A stretch of 64,000 nucleotides of DNA, from assembly GCF_035084215.1 (NCBI RefSeq), contig NC_090353.1, forward strand, positions 36,394,001 to 36,458,000. The letters run 5' to 3'. Below, in pieces: positions 36,806 to 48,300 of this stretch. Position 1 is the first letter of the stretch. Every line of letters begins with the position of its first letter. Position numbers and translations under genes: made by a program. This stretch comes from Heptranchias perlo. Taxonomy: Eukaryota. The notes beneath the pieces were generated by a model. That model did no database searches. It was given only the letters and a program-made list of their open reading frames with translations, and was not told the DNA's origin.

Positions 36806-37124
36806 GGTAACAGTCCCTCTCCTTCATGCAGAACAGGAACTGCTGTGTCTGGGCAACAGAGAGAAGGTCACAGGTTAAATAAACAGCCATTGCCAAGAGG
36901 AAGGAGGAAGCTCTCAGACTGGGCTCCAGATCACAAATAGTAAACACCAGCAATACCCCTTTCCCCCAGGGAGTGAGAATGGAATGAAAGGCAAGAGAAT
37001 AGTCACGAGCTTTTCATTCTGGAAATAAACATAGGATGAGGGGAGCTGGATTTGAATGGTGTGAGGCCACTGTCGCAGTGAAACTCCCAAAGGGGTTTGA
37101 TAGTCACACAGGACCATTAAAATG

Positions 37125-37535
37125 TCAGCAGTGGCTCAGTGGGTTGCTCTCTCACCTTTGAGTTCGGAAGTTGTGGGTTTGATCCCCATAATCTAAGCTG
37201 ATACTGAGGGAGCGCTGCACTGTCGGAGGTGCTGTCTTTTGGATGAGATGTTAAACTGATGTCCCATCTGCCCTCTCAAAGATCCCATGGCCACTATTTT
37301 GAAGAAGAGCAGGGGAGTTCTCCCCAGTGTCCTGGCCAATATTTATCCCTCAACCGACACCACTAAAACAGTTTATCTGGCAATTGTCATGTTGCTGTTT
37401 GTGGGATCTTGCTGTGCACAAATTGGCTGCTGTGTTTCCTACATTACAACAGTGACTACACTTCAAAAGTACTTCATTGGCTGTGAAACACTTTGGGACG
37501 TCCTGAGGATATGAAAGTTGCTATAGAAATGCAAT
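37125..37535 (+). mobile_element. DeuSINE (mirror at 59145-59555)
   Basis: SINE head, body and tail. Confidence 0.8.
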
Positions 37536-37849
37536 CCTTACTTTTTAAACTGTGGGAAGAAGTATATTGAACGATGTTATCAAGGAAGCAATTGAAGAGC
37601 ATTCAGTGGGAGTCAACCCAATAAATATCCGAACCAACTCGACTTTAAGGAAAGGAAGTCGTGTCTAACAAAGTTATTGGGATTTATTCCTTCTCTCCCC
37701 CACCGTTTTCCTTCCTCTCCTGAAGGTGCTGACCCTGCACAGGGTCCAGTTCCAAAGGCTTCAGCCCGACCGAAGTGACCATACTCCATGTGCCTTGGCT
37801 TTGTGATGCTTCATCCCCAAAAAGAAAGGTCGTTCCAATTTAGGTCTCC

Positions 37850-38295
37850 CATCACCCCCTGAGCTCGCTGACCTACATTGGCTCCCAGTCCAGGAACGGC
37901 TCGATTTTAAAATCCTTGTTTTCAAATCCCTCCGTGGCCCTCGCCCCCTCCCTATCTCTGTAACCTCTTCTAGCTCTACAACCCTCCGAGATCTCTGCAC
38001 TCCTCCAATTCTGGCCTCTTGCTCATTCCCCGTTTTAATGGCTCCACCATTGGCGGCCGTGCCTTCAGCTGCCCAGGCCTTAAGCTCTGGAATTCCCTCC
38101 CTAAACCTCTCCGCCTCTCTCTCCTCCTTTAAGACACTCCTTAAAACCCACCTCTTTAACCAAGCTTTCGGTCAGCTGTCCTAATATCTCCTTATGTGGC
38201 TCGGTGTCAAATTTTGTTTGATAATTGCTCCTGTGAAGCGCCTTGGGACGTTTTACTATGTTAAAGGTGCTATATAAATGCAAGTTGTTGTTGTT
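37850..38295 (+). mobile_element. L2-type LINE 3' fragment (mirror at 58385-58835)
   Basis: CTCTGGAATTCCCTCCCT...AAAGGTGCTATATAAATGCAAG(TTG)n tail shared with the DeuSINE. Confidence 0.75.
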
Positions 38296-38309
38296 GTAAA
38301 GTTCCTTCT

Positions 38310-38670
38310 ACACTGTCCCATCAAACACTCCCAGGGCAGGTACAGCACGGGTTTGATACAGAGTAAAGCTCCCTCTACACTGTCCCATCAAACACTCCCA
38401 GGGCAGGTACAGCACGGGTTAGATACAGAGTAAAGCTCCCTCTACACTGTCCCATCAAACACTCCCAGGGCAGGTACAGCACGGGTTAGATACAGAGTAA
38501 AGCTCTCTCTACACTGTCCCATCAAACACTCCCAGGGCAGGTACAGCACGGGTTAGATACAGAGTAAAGCTCCCTCTACACTGTCCCATCAAACACTCCC
38601 AGGGCAGGTACAGCACGGGTTAGATACAGAGTAAAGCTCCCTCTACACTGTCCCATCAAACACTCCCAGG
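38310..38670 (+). repeat. 67-bp dispersed minisatellite (~5 copies; ~1.4 copies in the right arm)
   Basis: Same unit as 8477-8700. Confidence 0.95.
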
Positions 38671-39049
38671 TCGCTTATTTCTTTTCCAAGTTATTCTCTT
38701 CCCTTCCTTATCTCTCTCCTAAGTGTATTTTCTTCATACGTGAATCTGGACAGTGAACTGGCTATTTGACCATGGGGCCTTCACTGCCAAACCCATTCTT
38801 GTCCCGACTTGACGCCCACAGATGAGCCCTTTTTGTGGCAGGGGGTCACTGTAGTGATTGGGAGTTCGATCCCTGGCTGTCTTTCCTTCTTCCTCGCCCA
38901 GGGATACTTCATTTACTGAAATGCCCCGACTCAGCACAGGCTGACAATTGAACTGTCGGGGTCTTCCTGGTCTATTTGGGCCACAGTCTCACTGAGATTA
39001 ATCAGCCAGGCCATCAGGAGGGGCAGCTCCTCCACACTTATGCACTCAC

Positions 39050-39747
39050 CCTTTCACTGAAACAGGACACTGATGATATTCGGTCGGAACCCGGGTTGAG
39101 GAAGGAATCAGTTTGCCCGTTTCTGGTGTTAGTGGCCGTCAGTTGTCTCCTCAACTTATTCCGTTCCTCCAGGAGCTGCACCTTCTCGGTCAAGTATTTC
39201 TCTACGTCCTCTTGCAGTGACGACTCCCTTTTCCTGAATTGGTCCGATTGGGCCGCTGCCTTCTGCTCACATTCCTCGTTCATCTTCTCCAAGATCCCGA
39301 TCCTCGAGCTTTGTTCATTGTTTTGATGCCACATCCCTTTGATCATTGCGTCAAAGCGGTCGACCTCCCGCTGGACCTCTCTCTGAAAGTTTGAAGATAG
39401 CGGTGTGCAGTTGACCATTATTTGCTCCAATTGTCTGTTCAGATTTTGGTCATAGCCACCTATCCGTTCAGTGAGTCGTCTGAAGCTTGCTTCATAGTTA
39501 GTTCTAGCAGCACCCATCATCTTCTGGAAGTCCCTGCTTAAGGATGTGCAGTTCCCTCTGAGATCTTCAACCTGTTTAAGCAGCTCTCTCTTCTGACTGT
39601 TGAGTTTCGTTTCTTCCAACACGTGTTTTGCCTGCTTGAGTTCGTTCTCGGCCGCGATATCTGCGAGCTTCTTCTGGAGCATTGAGTGGTTTGCTTGCAA
39701 GATGTCGTATGATCTCGTCACGTCCAATCCTCTGTTCAGGTTGGGGC
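39050..39747 (-). pseudogene. PLVAP: PLVAP exon 3 in the inverted 5'-truncated duplicate (no promoter, exon 1 or exon 2)
   Basis: Identical translation to 57202-57899 with intact splice sites; homology stops at 41376, before exon 2. Confidence 0.85.
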
Positions 39748-39844
39748 CTGGAGTTATGAAAGATGTGGTGACATCGTTAACATTCTCGTCACAGCACTTT
39801 TCTCAAAGCGATTTTTAAAGCCAACAGTTTCAGTATGCAAAGCA

Positions 39845-40250
39845 TTGTGGGAGCACGCAACAGAGCAGTGCATGGTGGGAGCACGCAACAGAGCAGTGCA
39901 TGGTGGGAGCACGCAACAGAGCAGTGCATGGTGGGAGCATGCAGCACTGCAGTGCATTGTGGGAGCATGCAGCACTGCAGAGCATGCTGGGAGCATGCAG
40001 CACTGCAGTGCATTGTGGGAGCACGCAACAGAGCAGTGCATGGTGGGAGCATGCAGCACTGCAGTGCATGGTGGGAGCACGCAACAGACCAGTGCATGGT
40101 GGGAGCACGCAACAGAGCAGTGCATGGTGGGAGCACGCAACAGAGCAGTGCATGGTGGGAGCACGCAACAGAGCAGTGCATGGTGGGAGCATGCAGCACA
40201 GCAATGCATTGTGGGAGCACGCAACAGAGCAGTGCATGGTGGGAGCATGT
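39845..40250. repeat. 28-bp minisatellite (GTGGGAGCACGCAACAGAGCAGTGCATG)n; partner 56645-57105
   Basis: Period 28; source of Cys/His-rich pseudo-ORFs. Confidence 0.95.
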
Positions 40251-40328
40251 CCCGTTGTAATGCATTGTGGGCACAGGATTGTGAACCAGTGTACTTCATT
40301 GGCCCCGTGCAGTGCAAAGTGCGACAAA

Positions 40329-41112
40329 GGGCCACAATTTGCTGGAGCGGGGCATCGAACCGCTTCTGCCATTCGTTAGATTTGCCTTTGCACGTTTAGG
40401 TTTTTAAATTTTACGCGTGGCGACTTGCTGAAAGTGCGAGGTGATAAAGGGGCAGTGGGGGAAAGAGGGCATCTGGGACCTGAGTGAACAGGGCACGCAA
40501 CTGGGTATCTCATTCGCCAATCAGATTGACGGATTGTGAAATTAACAGCGCAAGGACCGAGAAGGAAATGTAAATTAGAGAGGGTGAATTCAACGTCAAA
40601 TCAGGTACAGAAAGAGAAATAAAGAGAGGGAAAGAAAGATTGGATTGAGAGAGAGAGAAAAAAGACAGCAAGGATAAGTAAAACAAAATTTAAAATTTTA
40701 CATTTTTAAAATCTCCAACAACAATTAAAACCTGAAGGAATGAGACCCCACACTTGTAATATTAACTTTCAGCGCCAGAGAGGTTGACTGGCAGTAATTA
40801 ACGCTTATCACAGTATTAAAAGGAAACGTAGGCGGGAATGGACAAGACTTAACTTTCTGTGGCGAGTTCACTTCGTATCTATCGTGAAAATACAGGAACG
40901 TCACGCAGCTCAATGTATTTCAACGGTGACGCAGACGGCGAGATGCCTTTTTCGCAAAGCTAACAGCGGAATGGTGTGTCTCGGACAGCAACTTTTGGAT
41001 ATCCGCGTTTAACCTCGCATCTGCCCCTCGCCTGAAGTTGCTGGACCATTTGTGCATAAATAACGGCCAATGCCATTAGCCTCGCCGTTATTTTGACAGC
41101 AAAATCTGGGCC
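40329..41112. mobile_element. Possible non-autonomous DNA transposon (mirror ~55780-56565)
   Basis: Imperfect terminal inverted repeats GGCCACAATTTGCTG / CAGCAAAATCTGGGCC. Confidence 0.45.
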
Positions 41113-42600
41113 AGTGTGAGGTCCTCTAGGAACATAGGGACAGGAAGAGACCATTCAGCCCCTCGAGCCTGTTCTGCCATTAATTAAGATCATGGCTGAT
41201 CTGTATCTTAACTCCATCTACCCTTGGTTCCGTAATCCCCTTTGCCTAACAAAAATTTATCAATCTCAGTTTTGAAATTTTCAATTGACCCCCGGCCTCA
41301 ACAGCTTTTTGTGGGAGAGAGTTCCAGATTTCCACTCCCCTTTGTGTGAAGAAGTGCTTCCTGACATCACCCACTGAACGGCCTGGCTCTAATTTTAAGG
41401 TTATTCCCCCTTGTTCAGGACTCCCCCTCCAGAGGAAATAGTTTCTCTCTATCTACCCTATCAAATCCTTTAATCATCTCAAATACCTCAATTAGATCAT
41501 CCCTTAATCTTCTATACAGGGGAGAATACAAGTCTACTCTACGCAACCTGTCCTCATCATTTAACCCTTTAGCCCCGGTATCATTCTGGTGAATCTACAC
41601 TGCGCCCCCTCCAAGGCCAATATCTCCTTCCCAAGGTGTGGGGCCCAGAGCTGAACGCATTACTCTAAACTGCAGGGAGAACTGAATCAGGAAGAGGTCC
41701 CCCACGTTCCCCCTCCCCCCAGGTTGCCCTTTCTGGCTTTAAACTTGGACCAAAAAGCCGACCAGCAGCCAGCAGGAGCCTTCACAGGGCAGTTATTTAG
41801 GAGAGGGAGAGGCACCAAGCCCAGCGGCACCATCTAGCCGCAGCTCCGTGGGAGCACTGTAGCATTCGGAGTCAGAAGGTCGTGGGTTCGAGCCCCACGC
41901 CAGAGACTTGAGCACAAAATCTAGGCTGACACTCCCAGGGCCGGTACCGAGGGGGCGCCGCACCGTCGGAGGGCCGGTACCGAGGGGGCGCCGCACCGTC
42001 GGAGGTGCTGTCTTTCGGAGGAGACGTTAAACCAAGACCCAGTCTGTCCTCTCAGGCGGACGTAAAACATCCTCATGACGCTATTTCGAGGAAGAGCAGG
42101 GGAGTTCTCCCCGGTGTCCTGGGCTAATATTTATCCCTCAACCAACACCACTAAAACCGATTATCTGGTTATTACCTCATTGCTGTTTGTGGGATCTTGC
42201 TATGCGCAAATTGACTGCCGCGTTTCCTATATTACAACAGTGACTACACTTCAAAAAGTACTTCATTGGCTGTAAAGCACTTTGGGACGTCCTGAGGTTG
42301 TGAAAGATGATATCTAAATGCAAGTCTTTCTCTAGCTAATCACTTAAAAAAATTTTTAATTTTTCACAGTCCAGAATCACAATTTCGACTATTAAAAATA
42401 ATTATATCCAGACTATTCCGGTGGTAATTTTGCTTTGTTTGGCCCCCAGATGGAGAGGGCGGGGAAACTTTGATCCGTTTATTTTGGGACCCGGCTGTCA
42501 GTGGGATACAGTCCAAGTTGCCCTGGGTCGTACTGAAGGCCGACAGGTGCAGGATCTTCGGTCCTTCGATTGAGGTTCCTTGCCGGCTGGGAGCCAGTCG

Positions 42601-42702
42601 CTACTGCTCGTCTTCCAGAGGCATCACAGAGGTCACCGGCTCTGTCTTCTGTTCGTCCGGAATACCTGACTCATCCAACAAGATTCCTTTGCCTGGTTGA
42701 CC
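42601..42702 (-). CDS. MPV17L2: MPV17L2 copy B, coding exon 5
   Basis: Same as 10801-10902. Confidence 0.7.
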   Translation of the reverse strand, partial: GQPGKGILLDESGIPDEQKTEPVTSVMPLEDEQ

Positions 42703-42741
42703 CTGAGAGCAAGAGAGAAAGAAAGAACTTGCATTTATATA

Positions 42742-43767
42742 TATATATTTTTTTATTCGTTCACGGGATGTGGGCGTCGCTGGCAAGGCCGGCATTTATT
42801 GCCCATCCCTAATTGCCCTCGAGAAGGTGGTGGTGAGCCGCCTTCTTGAACCGCTGCAGTCCGTGTGGTGACGGTTCTCCCACAGTGCTGTTAGGAAGGG
42901 AGTTCCAGGATTTTGACCCAGCGACAATGAAGGAACGGCGATATATTTCCAAGTCGGGATGGTGTGTGACTTGGAGGGGAACGTGCAGGTGGTGTTGTTC
43001 CCATGCGCCTGCTGCCCTTGTCCTTCTAGGTGGTAGAGGTCGCGGGTTTGGGAGGTGCTGTCGAAGAAGCCTTGGCGAGTTGCTGCAGTGCATCCTGTGG
43101 ATGGTACACACTGCAGCCACAGTGCGCCGGTGGTGAAGGGAGTGAATGTTTAGGGTGGTGGATGGGGTGCCAATCAAGCGGGCTGCTTTATCTTGGATGG
43201 TGTCAAGCTTCTTGAGTGTTGTTGGAGCTGTACTCATCCAGGCAAGTGGAGAGTATTCCATCACACTCCTGACTTGTGCCTTGTAGATGGTGGAAAGGCT
43301 TTCGGGAGTCAGGAGGTGAGTCACTCGCCGCAGAATACCCAGCCTCTGACCTGCTCTTGTAGCCACAGTATTTATATGGCTGGTCCAGTTAAGTTTCTGG
43401 TCAATGGTGACCCCCAGGATGTTGATGGTGGGGGATTCGGCGATGGTAATGCCGTTGAATGTCAAGGGGAGGTGGTTAGACTCTCTCTTGTTGGAGATGG
43501 TCATTGCCTGGCACTTATCTGGCGCGAATGTTACTTGCCACTTATGAGCCCAAGCCTGGATGTTGTCCAGGTCTTGCTGCATGCAGGCTCGGACTGCTTC
43601 ATTATCTGAGGGGTTGCGAATGGAACTGAACACTGTGCAGTCATCAGCGAACATCCCCATTTCTGACCTTATGATGGAGGGAAGGTCATTGATGAAGCAG
43701 CTGAAGATGGTTGGGCCTAGGACACTGCCCTGAGGAACTCCTGCAGCAATGCCTTGGGGCTGAGATG
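42742..43767 (-). mobile_element. 5'-truncated insertion of the 11384-14606 LINE family, specific to copy B
   Basis: Open RT C-terminal frame 42809-43783; inserted in a SINE tail with an apparent ATATA duplication. Confidence 0.92.
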
Positions 43768-45512
43768 ATATAGCGCCTTTCACAACCTCAGGACGTCTTA
43801 AAGCTCTTTACAGCCAAAGAAGTACTTTTTTTTTTGAAGTGTAGTCACTGTCGTAATGTAGGGAAATGCGGCAACCAATTTGCGCACAGCAAGATCCCAC
43901 AAACAGCAATGTGAGAATGACCGGATAAATTGCTTTTAGCGATGTTAATTGAGGGATAAATAATGGCCCAGGACATCAGGGAGAACTCCCCTGCTCTTCT
44001 TCCAATAGTGCCCATGGGATCATTTACGTCCACCTGAGGGGGCAGACGAGGCCTCGGTTTAACATCTCATCCGAGAGACGGCACCTCCGACAGTGCAGCA
44101 CTCCCTCAGTATTGCACCGGGAGTGTCGGCCTGGGATTACGTGCTCAAGTCTCTGGAGTGGGCCAATATCGTAACAACATGAAGATTTTTTTCACTCTTT
44201 TTATCAGATTTAAAAGGCTCAAGTTTTTGGGACCACAAATATCCACATATCGGCTAAAAATTGCCAAAGACAAATGAATAACTGTCTCCGAGTGCACACA
44301 TGCATTCGTTGTGAGGCTCAGTCGAAGGTTTGCAATATCCTTTCAGCCCTGTCTCATATTCAGTTGAATATTATTTATCATGTGCATTTTTTGGGTAACC
44401 AAATACTTATCAGTATCTCTATTCATCAAACTCTCATTGTACAGAATGATAGGGAGAAACTGTTCCCACTGGCAGGAGGGTCGGTAACCAGAAGACACAG
44501 ATTTAAAATAATTGGCAAAAGAGCCAGAGGGAAGATGAGGAGATTTCTTTTAACGCAGCGAGTTGTTATGATCTGGAATGCGCTGCCTGAAAGGGCGGTG
44601 GAAGCAGATTCAATAATAACTTTCAAAAGGGAATTGGATAAATACTTGAAGGGGAAAAATTTGCAGGGCTATGGGGAAAGAACAGGGGAGTGGGACTAAT
44701 TGGATAGCTCTTTCAAAGAGCCGGCACGAGTACGATGGGCCGAACGGCCTCCTTCCCTGCTATACAATTCAATGATAAGAGACGGCTGAGCTAGACTGAC
44801 ATCAGAAGGGGCAGCAAATAAAATACACAACAGGTGGCTCCCGAGCAATAACCTTACCGTCACTGAGCGAACAATATGCTGCATCCCACCACTTCCTACC
44901 AGTGGAGCAAGTGAGAAGGCAACCTTTCACCTCTGGGATCCAAGTTCAAACGTAGTTCATCCCCAATAAGGTGAAAGTCTTCCCTTTCTGTTGGCTGCTG
45001 GGACCAATTGCCAGTTACTTTGCCACAGGGTCAAGTGGGCAGGGGTCATAGCACAAAACTGCTCTAATTCAATACTAATTGTAAATCTTACTCATCGAAA
45101 CCACGGGTGTGGGAAGTGTGCAAATACTGGGACAGAAGGGAGTCCTCTGACGGAGGGTTAGTACAGCACAGAGCGAGCTTTACTCTGTATCTAACCCGTG
45201 CTGTACCTGCCCTGGGAGTGTCTGATGGGACAGTGTAGAGGGAGCTTTACCCTGTATCTAACCCGTGCTGTACCTGCCCTGGGAGTGTTTGATGGGACAG
45301 TGTAGAGGGAGCTTTATTCTGTATCTAACCCTGTACCTGCCCTGGGAGTGTTTGATGGGACAGTGTAGAGGGAGCTTTACTCTGTATCTAACCCGTGCTG
45401 TACCTGCCCTGGGAGTGTTTGATGGGGAGACTGGGTCAAATATTCAGGACTAATGTCCCTCACCAAGAAGACGTCACGGACAAGATTCGAGCTCCTGCCA
45501 AAATCCACGTAC

Positions 45513-45641
45513 CTGGTGTTTCAGATAGGAGAGGAAAGTGTACCATCCAACAGTTAGAAAATTCACGTACAGCACGCGGAATTTCTGAGGGACGTAAAAG
45601 AAGTTGATCATCTGGGCCGCCGGCCAAACCGTCCAGTCCGC
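45513..45641 (-). CDS. MPV17L2: MPV17L2 copy B, coding exon 4 (FFYVP, GWYTF)
   Basis: 129 nt, AG/GT, two nonsynonymous differences from copy A. Confidence 0.9.
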
Positions 45642-46372
45642 CTGTAAACAGACAATTCATTCAAACGTTAAATCTCCTGAAGTGACTCCACAAAAGCAAA
45701 TCGGCAATTTCAACCCCTCCTGAAAGGCTGGTTTCAAGTTGGGGTGTTTGGGGGTGGGGGAGATACAGGGGGTCTCTTTCTCCTCCCCACCCCCACCAAG
45801 TTTTTCCTTCGGTGTGGCATCCACCTCTGTGGTGCAGCGTCCCGCCAACAATCCCGGGACGCTGGGGCTGTGAGCTGGGCAGTCAAAGTTTGAAACCTGC
45901 AATTCAAAGGGGAGGAAGTGATGCTGCAGTTGTACAGAGCCCTGGTCAGACCCCGTCTGGAGACTGGGTTCACTTCTGGGCCCCGCACCTCGGGAAGGAT
46001 ATTCTGGCCTTGGAGGGGGTGCAGTGGGTTCACCAGGAGCACATTACAACAGTAACGACACTTCAAAAGTACTTCATTGGCTGTAAAGCAGTTTGGGACG
46101 TCCCGAGGCATCAAATTCTATTTGTACAACACGGGATTATCCGGGGTCGTGATTCACAATTCCATCTAATCTTTGCTAAAACTCTCAGGTTAGTGACATG
46201 GGCTACATTAACACTGATTAAGCTGCAAGACAAGAAAGGGTTTGTGTTTTATTTTTGTGGCTGATAGCCGGCTCTGGCAAAAGATGCTCCAAATATCAGA
46301 GGACGGGACTGGCAGGGAAACCATCAAATGCCAAAACCAAGTTTCCACGGCAAAAGACTTTTGGAGTTTTAC

Positions 46373-46449
46373 CTTGTAAAATTCCCAGAACTTGTTCTTG
46401 AACTCCAGACCGCAGTCCATGAGACTGTGTCCTTCTAATGTTCCCATCC
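46373..46449 (-). CDS. MPV17L2: MPV17L2 copy B, coding exon 3
   Basis: 77 nt, same as copy A. Confidence 0.9.
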
Positions 46450-47298
46450 CTGTCGGAATAGATCACAGGGTCACAGTTAAACATTTCAGATCAGGTACAA
46501 ATCCTTTGTGACAGGCTGCCTTCACCTCCGCGAGCTGCGTTATCCTCCTCCTGTCCCACCAACACCTCATTATCGTTACACAAACCACGCCACGCTGATA
46601 GAAACATAGGAACAGGAGCAAGCCATGCAGTGCCTCGAGTCTGTTCCGCCAGTCGATTAGGTCCTGGCTCTAATATTAAGGTTACTCCCCCCTGTTCTGG
46701 ATTCCACCACCGGGGGAAATAGTTTCTCTCCAACTCCCCCATCGAATCCCTTTATCATCCTAAATACCTCAATTAGATCACCCCATAACCATCTAAACTC
46801 GAGGGAATACAAGCCAAGTTTACACAGCCTGCCTTCATAATTTAACCCTTTTAGCCCCGGTATCATTCTGGTGAATCTGCGCTGCACCCCCTCCAAGGCC
46901 AATATATCCTTCCTGAGCTGCGGTGCCCAGAACTGAACGCAGTATCTCCAGGTGAGGGTCTGAGCAAGGCTCAGTACAGCTGAATCATCACTTCCTCACT
47001 GAATAATACTGTACCCCCGTGTTATACAGTGACAGACCTGTACCCACCAGTACTGTACCCAAGTGTTATACAGTGACAGACCTGTACCCACCAGTACTGT
47101 ACCCAAGTGTTATACAGTGACAGACCTGTACCCCAGTGTTGTACAGTGATAGACCTGTACCCACCAGTGGTGCTGGTCTTTCTTCACAGATTGAATGGGT
47201 GCAGTGTGAAGATTTCCCACACCTCCTGCACTGGGTGAGGGAGGTACAATGTCAATTGTGGCCGAGACTCTTCGGAGACACAGAAATGTTAGACGTAC

Positions 47299-47460
47299 CA
47301 AAGAAGTAAAAGATGCCGAAGATGGGCGAGGCAATGATCTGGTCCAACAGAACCTTTTTGACGACGATGGGTGTTGTTCTCCCCGGGAATCTTCCATCCA
47401 GACCCCTGTACCAGTAATGCACAATGGGGCCCAATAAACAGCCTGTAGCAAACATTCGGC
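47299..47460 (-). CDS. MPV17L2: MPV17L2 copy B, coding exon 2 (GPIVHYWY)
   Basis: 162 nt, AG/GT. Confidence 0.9.
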
Positions 47461-48113
47461 CTGAGTGGAGAATGGAGCAAAGAAACACACAACAGTGATA
47501 CCGGCAAGAGAAAGAGCCAGTACTGTGTCCCCCGCGTCCTACCCTTCAGCCTTGAACGGAAGGCAAAGAGAAGGATCCAAGATATTGAGTGAGTGGAAAG
47601 TTAATCCCGAGTCACTGTTACAGGTTAAACCACAACCGCAGGACTGGATGGCCCTTTTCGTACTTTGCCTGTGACTATTTTTGCACGGGAGCAAGCCCGG
47701 GGTGGGGTGGGGGTCATCACCACTGGGTCCCAATCTGGACCACCCCTGTACCCCAGTGTTATACAGTGACAGACCTGTACCTACCAGTACTGTACCCGTG
47801 TTATACAGTGACAGACCTGTACCCACCAGTACTGTACCCCAGTGTTATACAGTGACAGACCTGTACCCACCAGTACTGTACCCCAGTGATATGCAGTGAC
47901 AGACCTGTACCCACCAGTACTGTACCCCAGTGTTATACAGTGACAGACCTGTACCCACCAGTACTGTACCCCAGTGTTATACAGTGACAGACTTGTACCC
48001 GCGTTTCCTCACACCAATGACCACACTTCAAAAAAGTACTTGATCGGCTGTAAAACGCTTTGGGACGTCCCGAGGTGGTAAAAGGCAATGAGAAAGGCAA
48101 GTTATTCTTTTAC

Positions 48114-48300
48114 CTGTTCGAGCCCATTCCCGCAGGTGGTCCGGGTCCCTGCGGATTTCTCGGGTTTGCTGGATTATGTCCCCAGTCGCCATCAGGGCTC
48201 CGGAGCTCACGGTGTTCGTCACAAGCAGAAATCTGTCGCTGAACAGCGGCTTCCAGCAACCGAGCAAGCGGACAAAGAGACTCCGATTGGGGGAGACCAT
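48114..48300 (-). CDS. MPV17L2: MPV17L2 copy B, coding exon 1 with junction-derived ATG (MVSPNRSLF...)
   Basis: 187 nt; ATG formed at a deletion junction; expression unknown. Confidence 0.75.

Larger units (their letters stand above)
31696..41376 (-). repeat. Inverted segmental duplication, left arm (partner 55517-64000; likely extends to ~22.6 kb with partner outside the window)
   Basis: Reverse-complement identity of unique sequence; identical 229-aa ORFs at 39038-39727(-) and 57222-57911(+); 64000 maps to 31696. Confidence 0.96.

Noticed and set aside
39754-40399. Cys/His-rich metallothionein- or keratin-associated-like ORFs (also 56494-57195)
   Set aside because: 28-bp minisatellite in PLVAP intron 2, open on both strands.
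41938-42003. 33-bp tandem duplication inside the copy B SINE
   Set aside because: Real but a trivial local slippage event.
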